A stretch of DNA of 64,000 nucleotides, taken from assembly GCA_965242925.1 (NCBI GenBank), contig CBDEUM010000029.1, positions 192,001-256,000 on the forward strand, given 5' to 3'. Made by a program: the position numbers and the translations under genes. Shown here one piece after another: positions 37,796 to 47,574 of the stretch; the stretch's first letter is position 1; each line of letters begins with the position of its first letter. Source of the stretch: Roseibacillus sp. (GTDB lineage Bacteria; Verrucomicrobiota; Verrucomicrobiia; Verrucomicrobiales; Akkermansiaceae). The notes under the pieces were generated by a model. The model did no database searches and was not told the DNA's origin. It worked only from the letters and a program-made list of their open reading frames with translations.

Positions 37796-40700
37796 GGGAG
37801 GTGGAACTGACGCGGGATCTTCTCATGGAGGCGGGGGGGTGGAGGGAGATGAAGTCCGCCCGCGGGATGCACCGCGGGGGCCTGGTGAGCGAGGCGTCCT
37901 ACGAGAACGGCTGGCTGGAGGGGATGGTATTGATGGGCGGGGAGCGCAAGAGGGTTCGCATGCAGGTCGTGTCGCGCACGCACATGGAGAACAGGTGCAG
38001 CTGCCTCCTGGCCCGGCGTGAGGGACGGGTCTGTGCGCACGCAATGGCGGTCGGACTCGAGGTCATTGAGCCCGGCACCGCTCCCGAAGAGATCCCGTTG
38101 GATCCCGGGGGAGACCCTGTGGGGGGGCGCTGGCCGGTTGTCACCGAGGAATTTGACGAGGAAGCCTATCCCGTGCAGTGCAGGGTGATGCTTCCGGTCA
38201 AGGTCGCGGACTCGTGGAACCGGGGACAGCTTCTGGTGGTGTTCGGGACTGACTACGGGGGGGAAGAGCATCTCCTCGCGACCTGGGGTGCGGATTACGT
38301 GCTGCAGGCAGGAGAGAACGACGGTCGCCTGCTGGAGACCCTGCAGCGGCTCTTTCCGGATGAACCGCCGGGAGCAGTGAACCTGGATCGCGGGCAATTT
38401 CTCCAGATGCTGGATGCCCTGGCCGGGCATCCCCGGGTGAGTTTCGGGAAGAGGGAGGCGGCCATGGTGTCCTGTCACCGGGCCCGTCCGGGGCTGGAAT
38501 TGCAGAAAGGTCGCCTGCGCGTTCAGTGGCCGGCCGGATGGGTTCCGCTGGTGGAAGCGGGGGATGTGTGGGCCCTGGACAGCGAGGCGCGGAGCTTTCA
38601 CGCGGTGGCCGCCGGGGTGCCGGAATCGCTGCGGGAGGTCTTCGGGCCAGGCATGATTCCAGGGCCGGTGGAAGTGCCAGCTCTTCTCACCACGCTCCGT
38701 CAGTGGTTTGAGATCAGCGGGGACATCATTGCAGGCCTGCCGCAATCTGCCGCACCGCAGGTGGAAGTGAGCTTTGAGGGATCGCTCAATCACTTGGAGG
38801 GGCGCATGGTCTTTGTCTACGGGAAAACCCGACGCCGGGCCGGAATGATGGAAGTCGAGCTCCTCACGATGGAGAATGGAGAGAGCGTGCTGGTCAGTCC
38901 GGACCTGGAACGCATGGCGGAAGATGCCCTGCGCCAGTGGGGTTTCGAGGGCCCGGGCAGGCAGGGTGAGTTTGTGCTGCGTGAACCACAGGCCATTCTG
39001 CGCTTTCATGCTCACGGGGTGGGGTGCCTTGATCCGGAGTGGATCGTCATCAGGGGTGAGCGCTTCTCGGAGTTTGCCAGGGACATTGTCCCGATCAAAC
39101 CCGTCTACCGGTTTGCGGGAAGCACGGAGGACTGGTTGGAGATGGAGTTGACCTATCAGGCGGGTGACGGCACGCCCATCACGCGGGAGGAGGTCCAGCG
39201 GTTGCTGGATACCGGACGTTCTGACCATTCGCTGGGGGGTGATCGCCTGGCGGTGCTGGATCCGGAGCAGGCTGATCAGGCCATGGAAACCCTGGCGGAC
39301 TGTGATCCCCGGCAGGGTGCTCCCGGGGTCTTCCGCATGGATGCACGGCAAGCCGCCTACCTGCGGGAGAGCGTGATTGAACTGGGGCTGCTCGCCGGGG
39401 AGCAGCAATCTCAGGCCGGGGACGGCGGGACGGCACTGGAGCTGGGCCCCCTGGAAACGGTCCTGCGCCCCTACCAGCGGGAGGGAGTGGCCTGGCTCGG
39501 GAAGCTGTCAGAACTGCGGATGGGGGGTATTCTGGCCGACGACATGGGATTGGGAAAGACGTTGCAGGCCCTGGCATTTCTTGCGGCCCGCAGGGGGACC
39601 GCGCTGGTTGTGTGCCCCTCGTCCCTGGTCCACAACTGGCTGGCGGAAGCAGGGAAGTTCGTGCCGGACCTGAAGGCCGTGGCGATCGAGGGACCGAAGC
39701 GGAAGGAGGTTCTGGCAGCACACCCCGGAGCCGATCTTCTCATCACCAGCTACGCTCTTCTGCGGCTTGACATCGATCTCTACCGCGAGCGGGAGTTCGA
39801 AGTGGTCATTCTCGATGAAGCGCAGCACATCAAGAATCCTGAATCGCAGGTCTCCCGGGCGGCCTTTCGCCTGCCCGGGACCCATCGCTTTGCCCTCACG
39901 GGAACGCCCATTGAAAACTCGGTGAAGGATCTCTGGTCGATCATGAATTTCGTCATGCCGGGATACCTCGGTGAGCGCTCGCAATTTGGGGATCGTTTTG
40001 AGAAACCCCTGGCGCGTGGTGATGCACCCGAATTGCAGCGGAGACTGGCCCGCCGCCTCAAGCCGGTGATCCTGAGGCGGCTCAAGGAAGATGTGGCGAA
40101 AGACCTTCCTGAGAAAATAGAGCAGGTGCGTTACTGTGAGCTGAGTGACTCGCAGCGGCAGGTCTACAAATCGATTCTCGAGGAGAGCCGGGGAATGATT
40201 CATGACGCGGAGGGCGGGCGCAGGCGGATGCTGGCCCTGACGGCCCTGCTACGCTTGCGCCAGGCCTGCTGTGACCTGCGCCTCCTGAACCTGCCGGGGG
40301 TGGATGAGGAAAACGGATCGGTGAAGATGGAGGAACTGGAAGGCCTGCTGGAGGAAGCGGTGGCGGGAGGGCACCGTGTTCTCGTCTTCAGTCAGTTCGT
40401 TCAGATGCTGCAGGGAATTGTTCCCGTCCTGATGGAGAAGGGATTCGAGTTCTGTTATCTTGATGGACAGACGAGGAACCGGGGAGAAGTAGTGAGGCGC
40501 TTCCAGGAGTCGTCGGTTCCCGTTTTCCTCATCAGTTTGAAAGCAGGAGGAGTGGGCCTGAACCTGACGGGTGCGGACACGGTCATCCACGTTGATCCCT
40601 GGTGGAACCCGGCGGTGGAGGCCCAGGCCACCGACCGTGCCCACCGGATCGGTCAGAAGCGGGTGGTGACGTCCTACAGGTTGATCACGCGCAATACGGT

Positions 40701-40824
40701 GGAAGAGAAGATCCTGGCCCTGCAGGAGCGTAAGCGGAAGTTGATTGCCTCTACGCTCGATCAGGATGTTTCAGGATCTGGTGCCGGTCTGAGCGAGAAC
40801 GAGATCTTCGAACTCTTTGGATAG
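37792..40824 (+). CDS. SWIM zinc-finger / SNF2 (SWI2) family DEAD-like helicase
   Basis: CSC-x9-CAH (SWIM); LRPYQREG, LADDMGLGKT, LDEAQHIKN, LTGTPIEN, SLKAGGVGLNLT, QATDRAHRIGQ. Confidence 0.93.
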   Translation: MREVELTRDLLMEAGGWREMKSARGMHRGGLVSEASYENGWLEGMVLMGGERKRVRMQVVSRTHMENRCSCLLARREGRVCAHAMAVGLEVIEPGTAPEEIPLDPGGDPVGGRWPVVTEEFDEEAYPVQCRVMLPVKVADSWNRGQLLVVFGTDYGGEEHLLATWGADYVLQAGENDGRLLETLQRLFPDEPPGAVNLDRGQFLQMLDALAGHPRVSFGKREAAMVSCHRARPGLELQKGRLRVQWPAGWVPLVEAGDVWALDSEARSFHAVAAGVPESLREVFGPGMIPGPVEVPALLTTLRQWFEISGDIIAGLPQSAAPQVEVSFEGSLNHLEGRMVFVYGKTRRRAGMMEVELLTMENGESVLVSPDLERMAEDALRQWGFEGPGRQGEFVLREPQAILRFHAHGVGCLDPEWIVIRGERFSEFARDIVPIKPVYRFAGSTEDWLEMELTYQAGDGTPITREEVQRLLDTGRSDHSLGGDRLAVLDPEQADQAMETLADCDPRQGAPGVFRMDARQAAYLRESVIELGLLAGEQQSQAGDGGTALELGPLETVLRPYQREGVAWLGKLSELRMGGILADDMGLGKTLQALAFLAARRGTALVVCPSSLVHNWLAEAGKFVPDLKAVAIEGPKRKEVLAAHPGADLLITSYALLRLDIDLYREREFEVVILDEAQHIKNPESQVSRAAFRLPGTHRFALTGTPIENSVKDLWSIMNFVMPGYLGERSQFGDRFEKPLARGDAPELQRRLARRLKPVILRRLKEDVAKDLPEKIEQVRYCELSDSQRQVYKSILEESRGMIHDAEGGRRRMLALTALLRLRQACCDLRLLNLPGVDEENGSVKMEELEGLLEEAVAGGHRVLVFSQFVQMLQGIVPVLMEKGFEFCYLDGQTRNRGEVVRRFQESSVPVFLISLKAGGVGLNLTGADTVIHVDPWWNPAVEAQATDRAHRIGQKRVVTSYRLITRNTVEEKILALQERKRKLIASTLDQDVSGSGAGLSENEIFELFG

Positions 40825-40885
40825 TGGATTGCTCCTCGCCGGGAGCTCGCCGGTGATCAGAGGATTTCCGGTGTGCCCACAAGCA

Positions 40886-40919
40886 AAACCGCCAGAGGAT
40901 CGAGATCCACTGGCGGTTT
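40886..40919 (-). terminator. Strong hairpin, probable intrinsic terminator (U-tail on minus strand; possibly bidirectional)
   Basis: AAACCGCCAG-A-GGATC..GATCC-A-CTGGCGGTTT inverted repeat between convergent genes. Confidence 0.7.
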
Positions 40920-41109
40920 AGTTAGAGACTTCTGTTCGCCCGCACTCACGGACTGGGGAATCTGTTAGCTGCTGATCACCCTTTTGTAAGAACTCACGAT
41001 TAATCGCGAATTCCAGAGAATGAGACTTCTATCCTGGCAATATGTTCGAAGGTTTCTGTAAATTTTACAGGGGGGATCGAAATTCCCCGGACAGTCATTG
41101 GCGCAAGAC

Positions 41110-41556
41110 CTATAAAACAGTGGAAATCCGGGTTTTTACCGAATTGGCGAGAAAACATTCCTCGTGTGCCTTTTGGTGGAGTTCTTCCAGTTTTTCGGCA
41201 GACACCGTAATGCCCTCCGCCCATACCGTCACGGGATGGAGCTCGATCCGGCTCAGGACCGGTTTGCCGTTCTCTCCTTTCTCAAGATAGCCCACCGCTT
41301 CGTCGGCGTAGCTCTCAAGGGTGAGGTTCTGCAGTGAAGCGAAGGCGAGAAAAGTGAGCATGTGGCAACTCGAGAGGGAGGCCACGAAGGCCTGTTCAGG
41401 ATCTGGAATTTCCGCAGTGCCGAGGTAATCGGCGGCTGCCGAGGCCCGCAGGGTGACGCCATGGCCGAAGTCAAGATCGTGATCACGGGGGTATTCCTTG
41501 TAGCCGAAGTCCTTCCCGTCGCGGTTCCAGTTGAGAGTGATGGTGTGAGAGCTCAT
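41110..41556 (-). CDS. OsmC/Ohr family protein
   Basis: DPEQAFVASLSSCHMLTFL and AHEECFLANSV, containing the two conserved Cys. Confidence 0.92.
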   Translation of the reverse strand: MSSHTITLNWNRDGKDFGYKEYPRDHDLDFGHGVTLRASAAADYLGTAEIPDPEQAFVASLSSCHMLTFLAFASLQNLTLESYADEAVGYLEKGENGKPVLSRIELHPVTVWAEGITVSAEKLEELHQKAHEECFLANSVKTRISTVL

Positions 41557-41636
41557 GTGCAGCAGGCAGGATACAGGGGAAGTTCCAGAATGGTTTCCGG
41601 GGCCGTGCCTATACGGAACACCGGATCCTGAACACC

Positions 41637-42776
41637 CTAATTTGGGTTCAACTTCTGGTGGAACTGTTGGAGGGAGGCGAGGATGGGATGGAAGCCGGCC
41701 AGCTCTTCCGCCGATGTCACCCGGCTGCTGGCCTCAATCCGTTTCGCGATCAGTGCCCGGATCGCCTCAATCAATGCGGGCTCGTTCCGGATGACGAGAT
41801 CGAGTTCGGCGGCTTTCTGGAGGGAGAAGATGTTCATGTTGCAGGAACCGGTGAGAACCAGTTCATCATCGAAGAGGAGCAGCTTGGCATGGATCATGGT
41901 TCCGGTGAGATAGACCTCGATGGGGGCCCGGGTGTAGAGGTCGTGGATGGCCCAGTAATTGACGTCATTACCGATGTTGGCCTCCCTGGAGAAGAGGACG
42001 GTAACCCGGACGCCCCGCCGGGCTGCGGCCACCAGGGCATCAGAGAATTCGGGATCCCCGATGTAGGCCACCTCGATGTAGATCGACTCCCGGGCCTCCT
42101 CGATGAAACGCAGGACCTCCGGTTTGATCTCGAAAACAGATCCTCCCTCATCGCGGTGGGTGTTGCAGAGAAAGTCTATATTACGCTCCGGATCGTAGGG
42201 AACCTCTCCCGCCATGCGCGTTCGCAGGCGCCGGACGAGGTCGGGATCCTCAAGGGCCAGCATGTAGTCGAAGTAGTTCTGGTGCCGGTCCTCGATGTTG
42301 ATGCTTCCAGTGACGATGAGCTGCTCATCAAAGATGTAGTACTTGGTGTGGGTCTTGTTGGTCCACTCGACCGTGACATTGGGGTGAGCCAGAAGGCGGG
42401 TTCCGAGCTCCTGGTCGTGTTCGTCCTCGACAAAGGTATCGGGAAACGTGCGTCCGATGATCTTGTAGATGATCCGCTTGAGGAGGGAGATCCTGCGCGG
42501 GAAGAAGGGTTTGCGGTTCATCTCGATGACTTCGCACATGATGGCCCCGATGTCCTTGATGACGTGGACCTTCACTCCCCGGTCGGCGGCGGCGAGAACC
42601 GCCTCTCCCACCCGCGTGCCAGCCTCATCGGAACGCCAGACGTACATGAAGATCTCCACGCTTTCCCGGGCCTTCTCCAGTTCTTCCACCACGAGGTCGA
42701 AGGTGGGATCTGCCACTCGTTCCGGGGGGAAGGAGGCGGTGAGTGGAGGATGAAGGAGTTGGCATTTCGTGTTCAT
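41637..42776 (-). CDS. Phospholipase D superfamily protein (cardiolipin-synthase-like)
   Basis: Two HKD motifs: HTKYYIFD..VTGSIN and HAKLLLFD..LTGSCN; AAADRGVKV and AAARRGVRV. Confidence 0.9.
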   Translation of the reverse strand: MNTKCQLLHPPLTASFPPERVADPTFDLVVEELEKARESVEIFMYVWRSDEAGTRVGEAVLAAADRGVKVHVIKDIGAIMCEVIEMNRKPFFPRRISLLKRIIYKIIGRTFPDTFVEDEHDQELGTRLLAHPNVTVEWTNKTHTKYYIFDEQLIVTGSINIEDRHQNYFDYMLALEDPDLVRRLRTRMAGEVPYDPERNIDFLCNTHRDEGGSVFEIKPEVLRFIEEARESIYIEVAYIGDPEFSDALVAAARRGVRVTVLFSREANIGNDVNYWAIHDLYTRAPIEVYLTGTMIHAKLLLFDDELVLTGSCNMNIFSLQKAAELDLVIRNEPALIEAIRALIAKRIEASSRVTSAEELAGFHPILASLQQFHQKLNPN

Positions 42777-43054
42777 GTTTCAATGTTCAGCCGGCTGCTC
42801 CGGGGAAACTCATGTCTGAACTCCGGAACCTGAATACGAAACACAAAAATGCAGAATCGGAGCCCTTCGGACGGGGAACCTGCTCGGGACAGGGCGCCGA
42901 AGGCGGAGCGCATTCAGAATCGTGAACCGGATTCTGGCCAATCCGGGAGGAGGGAAGACTTTGGCGGAGGGCAGGGGTGGCACATGCAATCCTGAGAAAT
43001 TCAGAATTTGTGGTTTGAGATTGCGGCGGGGGGCATCCTACATTCTCCCCGCCT

Positions 43055-43765
43055 ATGGGACGCGCATTTGAGTATCGACGGGCCGCTAAGGAGAAGCGGT
43101 GGGACAAGATGTCGAAGGTCTTCCCCAAGCTGGCGAGGACCATCACGATGGCGGCCAAGGAGGGAGGTTCGGACCCGGACAGCAACTCCAGGCTGCGCAC
43201 TGCGATTCTGAATGCCAAGGCGCAGAACATGCCCAAGGACAACATTGAGACCGCCATCAAGCGGGCCGCGGGCAAGGACATGGCCGAGATCTCGGAGGTC
43301 AACTACGAGGCCAAGGGGCCGCATGGGGTGATGCTTTTCATCGAGACGGCCACCGACAACACGAATCGGACCATTTCCAACGTCCGCACCCCCATCAACA
43401 AGGCGGGCGGGGAAATCCTCAACAGCGGTTCGCTGCAGTTCCTCTTCGACCGCAAGGCCGTCATCCAGTTCGAGAGAAAGGAAGGGGACGACCTTGAGGA
43501 AATCGAACTCGAGCTCATCGATCACGGCCTGGAGGAAATGGAGGAGAACGAGGGGACGGTGTTCGTCTACGGGGACTTCACCAATTTCGGTTCGCTCTCT
43601 CAGGCCTGCGAGAAACTCGGGATCGAACTGAGCAAGGCCGGTCTACAGCGCATTCCGAACAATCCGCAGGAGTTCAGCGAGGGTCAACTCGACGAGATCG
43701 AGTCCCTGATCGACAAGCTGGAAGACGATGAGGATGTGCAGGCCGTCTACACCAACGTGGCGTAG
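43055..43765 (+). CDS. yebC: YebC/PmpR family protein
   Basis: [50 protein letters not shown]. Confidence 0.95.
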   Translation: MGRAFEYRRAAKEKRWDKMSKVFPKLARTITMAAKEGGSDPDSNSRLRTAILNAKAQNMPKDNIETAIKRAAGKDMAEISEVNYEAKGPHGVMLFIETATDNTNRTISNVRTPINKAGGEILNSGSLQFLFDRKAVIQFERKEGDDLEEIELELIDHGLEEMEENEGTVFVYGDFTNFGSLSQACEKLGIELSKAGLQRIPNNPQEFSEGQLDEIESLIDKLEDDEDVQAVYTNVA

Positions 43766-43778
43766 TTCCTGCCGATTC

Positions 43779-44561
43779 TCAGGCGGAGTGCACGGTGTAG
43801 CCGCCGGAGCGTTCGTCCGCTTCGAGCCGTAGCAGGCCGTTCTCTTCCGCCTCGAGGAGGACTTCATTGAAGGAACGGAAACCGTGGGCGCGTTCGTTAA
43901 AGCCGGGGTTCCGCCTTTTGAGTGCCTGTTTGATCATGGAGCCCCAGATGGCTTCGTCGTTGCCCCGCTCCTCCAGGAGGGCCTCGAAGGTGTCGGCGAC
44001 CTGCTCGAGAGCCTCCTCGGTGGTGGGACCCTCAGAAGTCTTCCCCGCCGCGGCCTTCTTCTTGGCCGTCTTGCGGGGGGGCTGCTTTCTGGCCGCTTTC
44101 TTGGCCGGGGACTTGCGCACGAGGTCATCGTAGTAGATGAACTCGTCGCAGTTCCTGATGAAGAGGTCGGAACTGGAGTTCTTCACTCCCACCCCGATGA
44201 CGGTCTTGGCGTTCTCGCGGAGCTTGCTGACGAGAGGGGAAAAATCCGAGTCCCCTGAGATAATGACAAAGGTGTCGACGTGGCCCTTGGCGTAACAGAG
44301 GTCGAGGGCGTCCACCACCATGCGGATATCGGCGGAATTCTTGCCCGACTGCCGGAAATGCGGGATTTCAATGAGCTCAAAGGCCGCGTCGTGCAGGTCC
44401 CGCTTGAATTCCTTGAAGCGTGAAAAGTCGCAGTAGGCCTTTTTCAGGACAATGTGCCCCTTGAGAAAGAGGCGCTCGAAGACCTTGGCGATGGAAAAGG
44501 TCGGATAGCGGGCGTCACGGGCGCCGATGGCGATGTTCTCCAGATCGAGAAAGACCGCCAT
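43779..44561 (-). CDS. NYN (LabA/DUF88 PIN-like) domain protein with C-terminal OST-HTH/LOTUS domain
   Basis: VFLDLENI, GKNSADIRMVVD, SGDSDFSPL, CDEFIYY; Lys/Ala linker; RRNPGFNERAHGFRSF. Confidence 0.9.
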   Translation of the reverse strand: MAVFLDLENIAIGARDARYPTFSIAKVFERLFLKGHIVLKKAYCDFSRFKEFKRDLHDAAFELIEIPHFRQSGKNSADIRMVVDALDLCYAKGHVDTFVIISGDSDFSPLVSKLRENAKTVIGVGVKNSSSDLFIRNCDEFIYYDDLVRKSPAKKAARKQPPRKTAKKKAAAGKTSEGPTTEEALEQVADTFEALLEERGNDEAIWGSMIKQALKRRNPGFNERAHGFRSFNEVLLEAEENGLLRLEADERSGGYTVHSA

Positions 44562-44726
44562 GGTGGCGTTGGGGGCGTTGTGGGAAGTGCTGATGAGTGA
44601 ACTCTAGGGAAGCGGGGACCAGGGAGCAAGAAGTGAGCCCGTCTTTGCCTTGTCATGCCATGGCGGGGCACGTTGCTGGCCTGCGGGTGCCGGGTCGGAT
44701 GCCCTGACCACGAAGGTGATCCGCCT

Positions 44727-46199
44727 CTACCTGTTCTTCTTCGGCCGGGCTTTCCCGTATTCGATGCCCAGGTCGTTGGTGCGGATCGTCTGGAGCCTGG
44801 CCGCGAGGCGGTGCTGGAATGATTGAGTGATCCTGGCGTGCGAGGGCTCTTCAGCCAGGTTGGTGAATTGTCCCGGATCCTTCACCATGTCGAAGAGTTC
44901 TCTCCCGCCACCGGCATCCTCGCCGTACTGCAGGTAGGCCCAGTTCCTGTTTCGAAGCAGGAATCCCTTGCGCATGGGTGCCACACAGAAGGCCTCCTCA
45001 CGCACCTTGTGCGAGGGATTGCCGAGCATCTTCGAGATGTCCTCCCCCTGCAGGCGGGCGGGGACATCCAGTCCGCAAAGGCTGGCGGTGGTGGGATAGA
45101 GATCCAGCAGTTCGACAAAGGAATGGCAGATCGCGGGTTTCTTCCCGGGGACACTGATGATGAGGGGAACGCCCGCGGATTCGTCCCGGAGGCTGACCTT
45201 GGCCCAGAAGTCGTGTTCGCCGAGGTGAAAGCCGTGGTCACTGGTGAAGATGATGATGGTTTTCTCGGTGAGACCCGCCTGGTCGAGGGCGTCGAGAACC
45301 TTGCCAACCTGGGCGTCCATGTAGGCCACCGAGGCGTAGTAGCCGCCGATTGCCTTCCTTTGCCGACGGAGGTCCATCTTCATGTTGGCACTGGTCTTGT
45401 AGTTGATGCCCGCCCTGGGGATATCGTCCCAGTCCCCCTTGATCCTGGAGGGGAGCACCATCCTGCTGTAGGGAAGGAAGGGCTTGTAGTAGGGACGTGG
45501 TGCCACGAAGGGTACGTGTGGCCGGACAAAACCCACTCCCAGCCAGAAGGGTTTGCCGGCGTCCTTCTGCCTGGAGATGAGTTCACAGGCCTTGGCGGCG
45601 GTCTTCCCGTCGGAATGCACGAGGTCATCGCCGTCCGCTTCCACCACCACGAAGGTGTTGCCACCCACCGCGGGCTTCTTGCCATCGGGATTATTCTCCA
45701 GGGTTTCACCATCGCCCCTGGCCTTCCACTCCGGTCCGGGGCTGTTGAAGCGCTCGTTCCACGAGAGGGCGTCGTCAGCTCCGTGCCCCCCGCTCTCGAT
45801 GCCGCCCGGCACGCCCATGTGATAAATCTTGCTCACCCGGGTGGCGTGGTAGCCGTTGTTCATGAAGTGCTGTGACCATGTGGTGCGGTCCCCGATGCGG
45901 GGCCGGGGGTTGCGGTAGCCGAGTTCCCCGGTGGCATGGGGATAATAACCCGACATGAAGGAAGCCCGGGAGGGACCGCAGTAGGTTCCCTGGCAGTAGG
46001 CCCGCGTGAAGCGCGTCCCACGGGACGCAAGGCGGTCGATGTTGGGGGTTTTGCAGACCTTGTTCCCGTAGCAGGACAGCGCGGTATAGGTGAGGTCGTC
46101 CGAAATCAGGAAGAGCACATTATACTTCGGATGGTCCACCAGGGCGGACGGAAGGGTGCCGGGAAAGAGAAGGATGGCGAGCAGGAGAAATGGCCTCAT
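44727..46199 (-). CDS. Sulfatase (iduronate-2-sulfatase-like S1)
   Basis: Signal peptide; NVLFLISDDL; CGPSR; RPHVPF; SDHGFHLGEH. Confidence 0.92.
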   Translation of the reverse strand: MRPFLLLAILLFPGTLPSALVDHPKYNVLFLISDDLTYTALSCYGNKVCKTPNIDRLASRGTRFTRAYCQGTYCGPSRASFMSGYYPHATGELGYRNPRPRIGDRTTWSQHFMNNGYHATRVSKIYHMGVPGGIESGGHGADDALSWNERFNSPGPEWKARGDGETLENNPDGKKPAVGGNTFVVVEADGDDLVHSDGKTAAKACELISRQKDAGKPFWLGVGFVRPHVPFVAPRPYYKPFLPYSRMVLPSRIKGDWDDIPRAGINYKTSANMKMDLRRQRKAIGGYYASVAYMDAQVGKVLDALDQAGLTEKTIIIFTSDHGFHLGEHDFWAKVSLRDESAGVPLIISVPGKKPAICHSFVELLDLYPTTASLCGLDVPARLQGEDISKMLGNPSHKVREEAFCVAPMRKGFLLRNRNWAYLQYGEDAGGGRELFDMVKDPGQFTNLAEEPSHARITQSFQHRLAARLQTIRTNDLGIEYGKARPKKNR

Positions 46200-46279
46200 G
46201 GAAAGTCACGACTGTAGCGGTGGGTCGCGGGCGAGCAATCAGATTGACCTGACTTGTGCCGCCGGTACTAGTGTGAGGG

Positions 46280-47488
46280 ATGAAGCGCAGATCTTTCCTT
46301 GCCCTGGGCGGGGCCGTCACCGCCGGGATGCCGCAGCTGATTGCCGTCGAGGAAGTCTCGCGCAAGAACCTGAGGGTAGGGGTGATCGGGCACACCGGGC
46401 GGGGGGACTACGGGCACGCCCTCGATACGGTCTGGTCCAGGATCAAGGGTGCCGACGTGGTGGGGGTGGCCGACCCGGACGAGGCCGGCAGGCAGCGGGC
46501 GGTGCAGCGGCTCAAGGCGAAACAGGGCTTCCAGGATCATCATCAATTGCTCAAGGAAACGGAACCCGAGTTCGTTTCCATCTGTCCGCGCTATGCCGAT
46601 CAGCATGCCGATATGATGGTGGCCTGTGCTGCGGCGGGAGTGAGGGGGATCTACGTCGAGAAGCCCTTCTGCCGCACCCCGGCGGAGGCCGACCACGTGC
46701 GGGAGGTTTGCCGGAAGCATGGAACCAGGGTGGCCGTGGCCCATCGCAATCGCTACAATCCCGCCCTGAAGCATATCGCCACCCATGTGGCGGAGGGCGG
46801 CATCGGGAAGCTGCTGGAGATCCGGGGACGGGGGAAGGGTGACCGGCGCGGGGGAGCGGAGGATCTCTGGGTCCTGGGCTCGCATGTCATGGACATGATC
46901 CGGTTCTTTGCCGGCGATCCGGTCAACTGCTCGGCGGAGATGCGGAAGGACGGAAAGTTGGTGACTGCGGATGATATCTACGAGGGAGCGGAGGGCCTCG
47001 GACCGCTGGCGGGAGATGAACTGCACGCTCGGTTCCGGATGGCGAACGGAGTGATGGCCACCTTTGACTCCATTGCCAATGATGACACCTCCAACTTCGG
47101 ATTCGGCCTGCAGTTGATTGGCAGCCGGGGGATCATGGCGATCAGGGCCGACCGCGACCCCCTCGCGCACCTTATTGAGGGGAATCCCTTCATGCCTCCC
47201 AAGAACCCGCGGGAGTGGAAGCCGATCACGACCAGGGGAATCGGACGGAAGGAGGATCGTCCCCAGTTCATCAAGGAGATCCATGAACACGTGGTGGCAG
47301 TGAGGGACCTCGTTGTGGCGGTGGATGAAAACCGTGAACCGGTCTGCGGCCTTGAGGAGGGGGCGGGGACGGTGGAGATGATCTGTGCCGTCTTTGAGTC
47401 CCATCGGCAGGGCGGGAGGGCGGTAGCCTTTCCCCTCAAGGAACGGGGGCATCCGCTGGCCAGGATGAGGGAAGGGGGGAAGAAGTAG
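46280..47488 (+). CDS. Tat-exported Gfo/Idh/MocA family oxidoreductase
   Basis: MKRRSFL; VGVIGHTGRGDYGH; YVEKP; VAHRNRY; GSHVMD. Confidence 0.9.
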   Translation: MKRRSFLALGGAVTAGMPQLIAVEEVSRKNLRVGVIGHTGRGDYGHALDTVWSRIKGADVVGVADPDEAGRQRAVQRLKAKQGFQDHHQLLKETEPEFVSICPRYADQHADMMVACAAAGVRGIYVEKPFCRTPAEADHVREVCRKHGTRVAVAHRNRYNPALKHIATHVAEGGIGKLLEIRGRGKGDRRGGAEDLWVLGSHVMDMIRFFAGDPVNCSAEMRKDGKLVTADDIYEGAEGLGPLAGDELHARFRMANGVMATFDSIANDDTSNFGFGLQLIGSRGIMAIRADRDPLAHLIEGNPFMPPKNPREWKPITTRGIGRKEDRPQFIKEIHEHVVAVRDLVVAVDENREPVCGLEEGAGTVEMICAVFESHRQGGRAVAFPLKERGHPLARMREGGKK

Positions 47489-47574
47489 TGCCTGGGAGTC
47501 TTCTCGCTGCTCCACCGACCGTTATCGCATGGGATGCAGATCCGGTCACCTGAGTCCTGCGTCCCGGATTTGTC

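Noticed and set aside
37585..39408. 607-aa minus-strand ORF, and similar long antisense ORFs (13475-15070, 35645-36988, 46268-47515, 55360-56826, 41658-42833)
   Set aside because: They lie opposite well-supported genes and have no motifs; typical stop-poor shadow frames of GC-rich coding DNA.
42850..42925. CCTTCGG/CCGAAGG inverted repeat and repeated CAGAATCG between the PLD gene and yebC
   Set aside because: Short and GC-rich; within chance expectation, and no riboswitch consensus recognised.
43779..44561. NYN-LOTUS protein as a toxin or defence nuclease
   Set aside because: Common stand-alone architecture; no antitoxin or defence neighbours.
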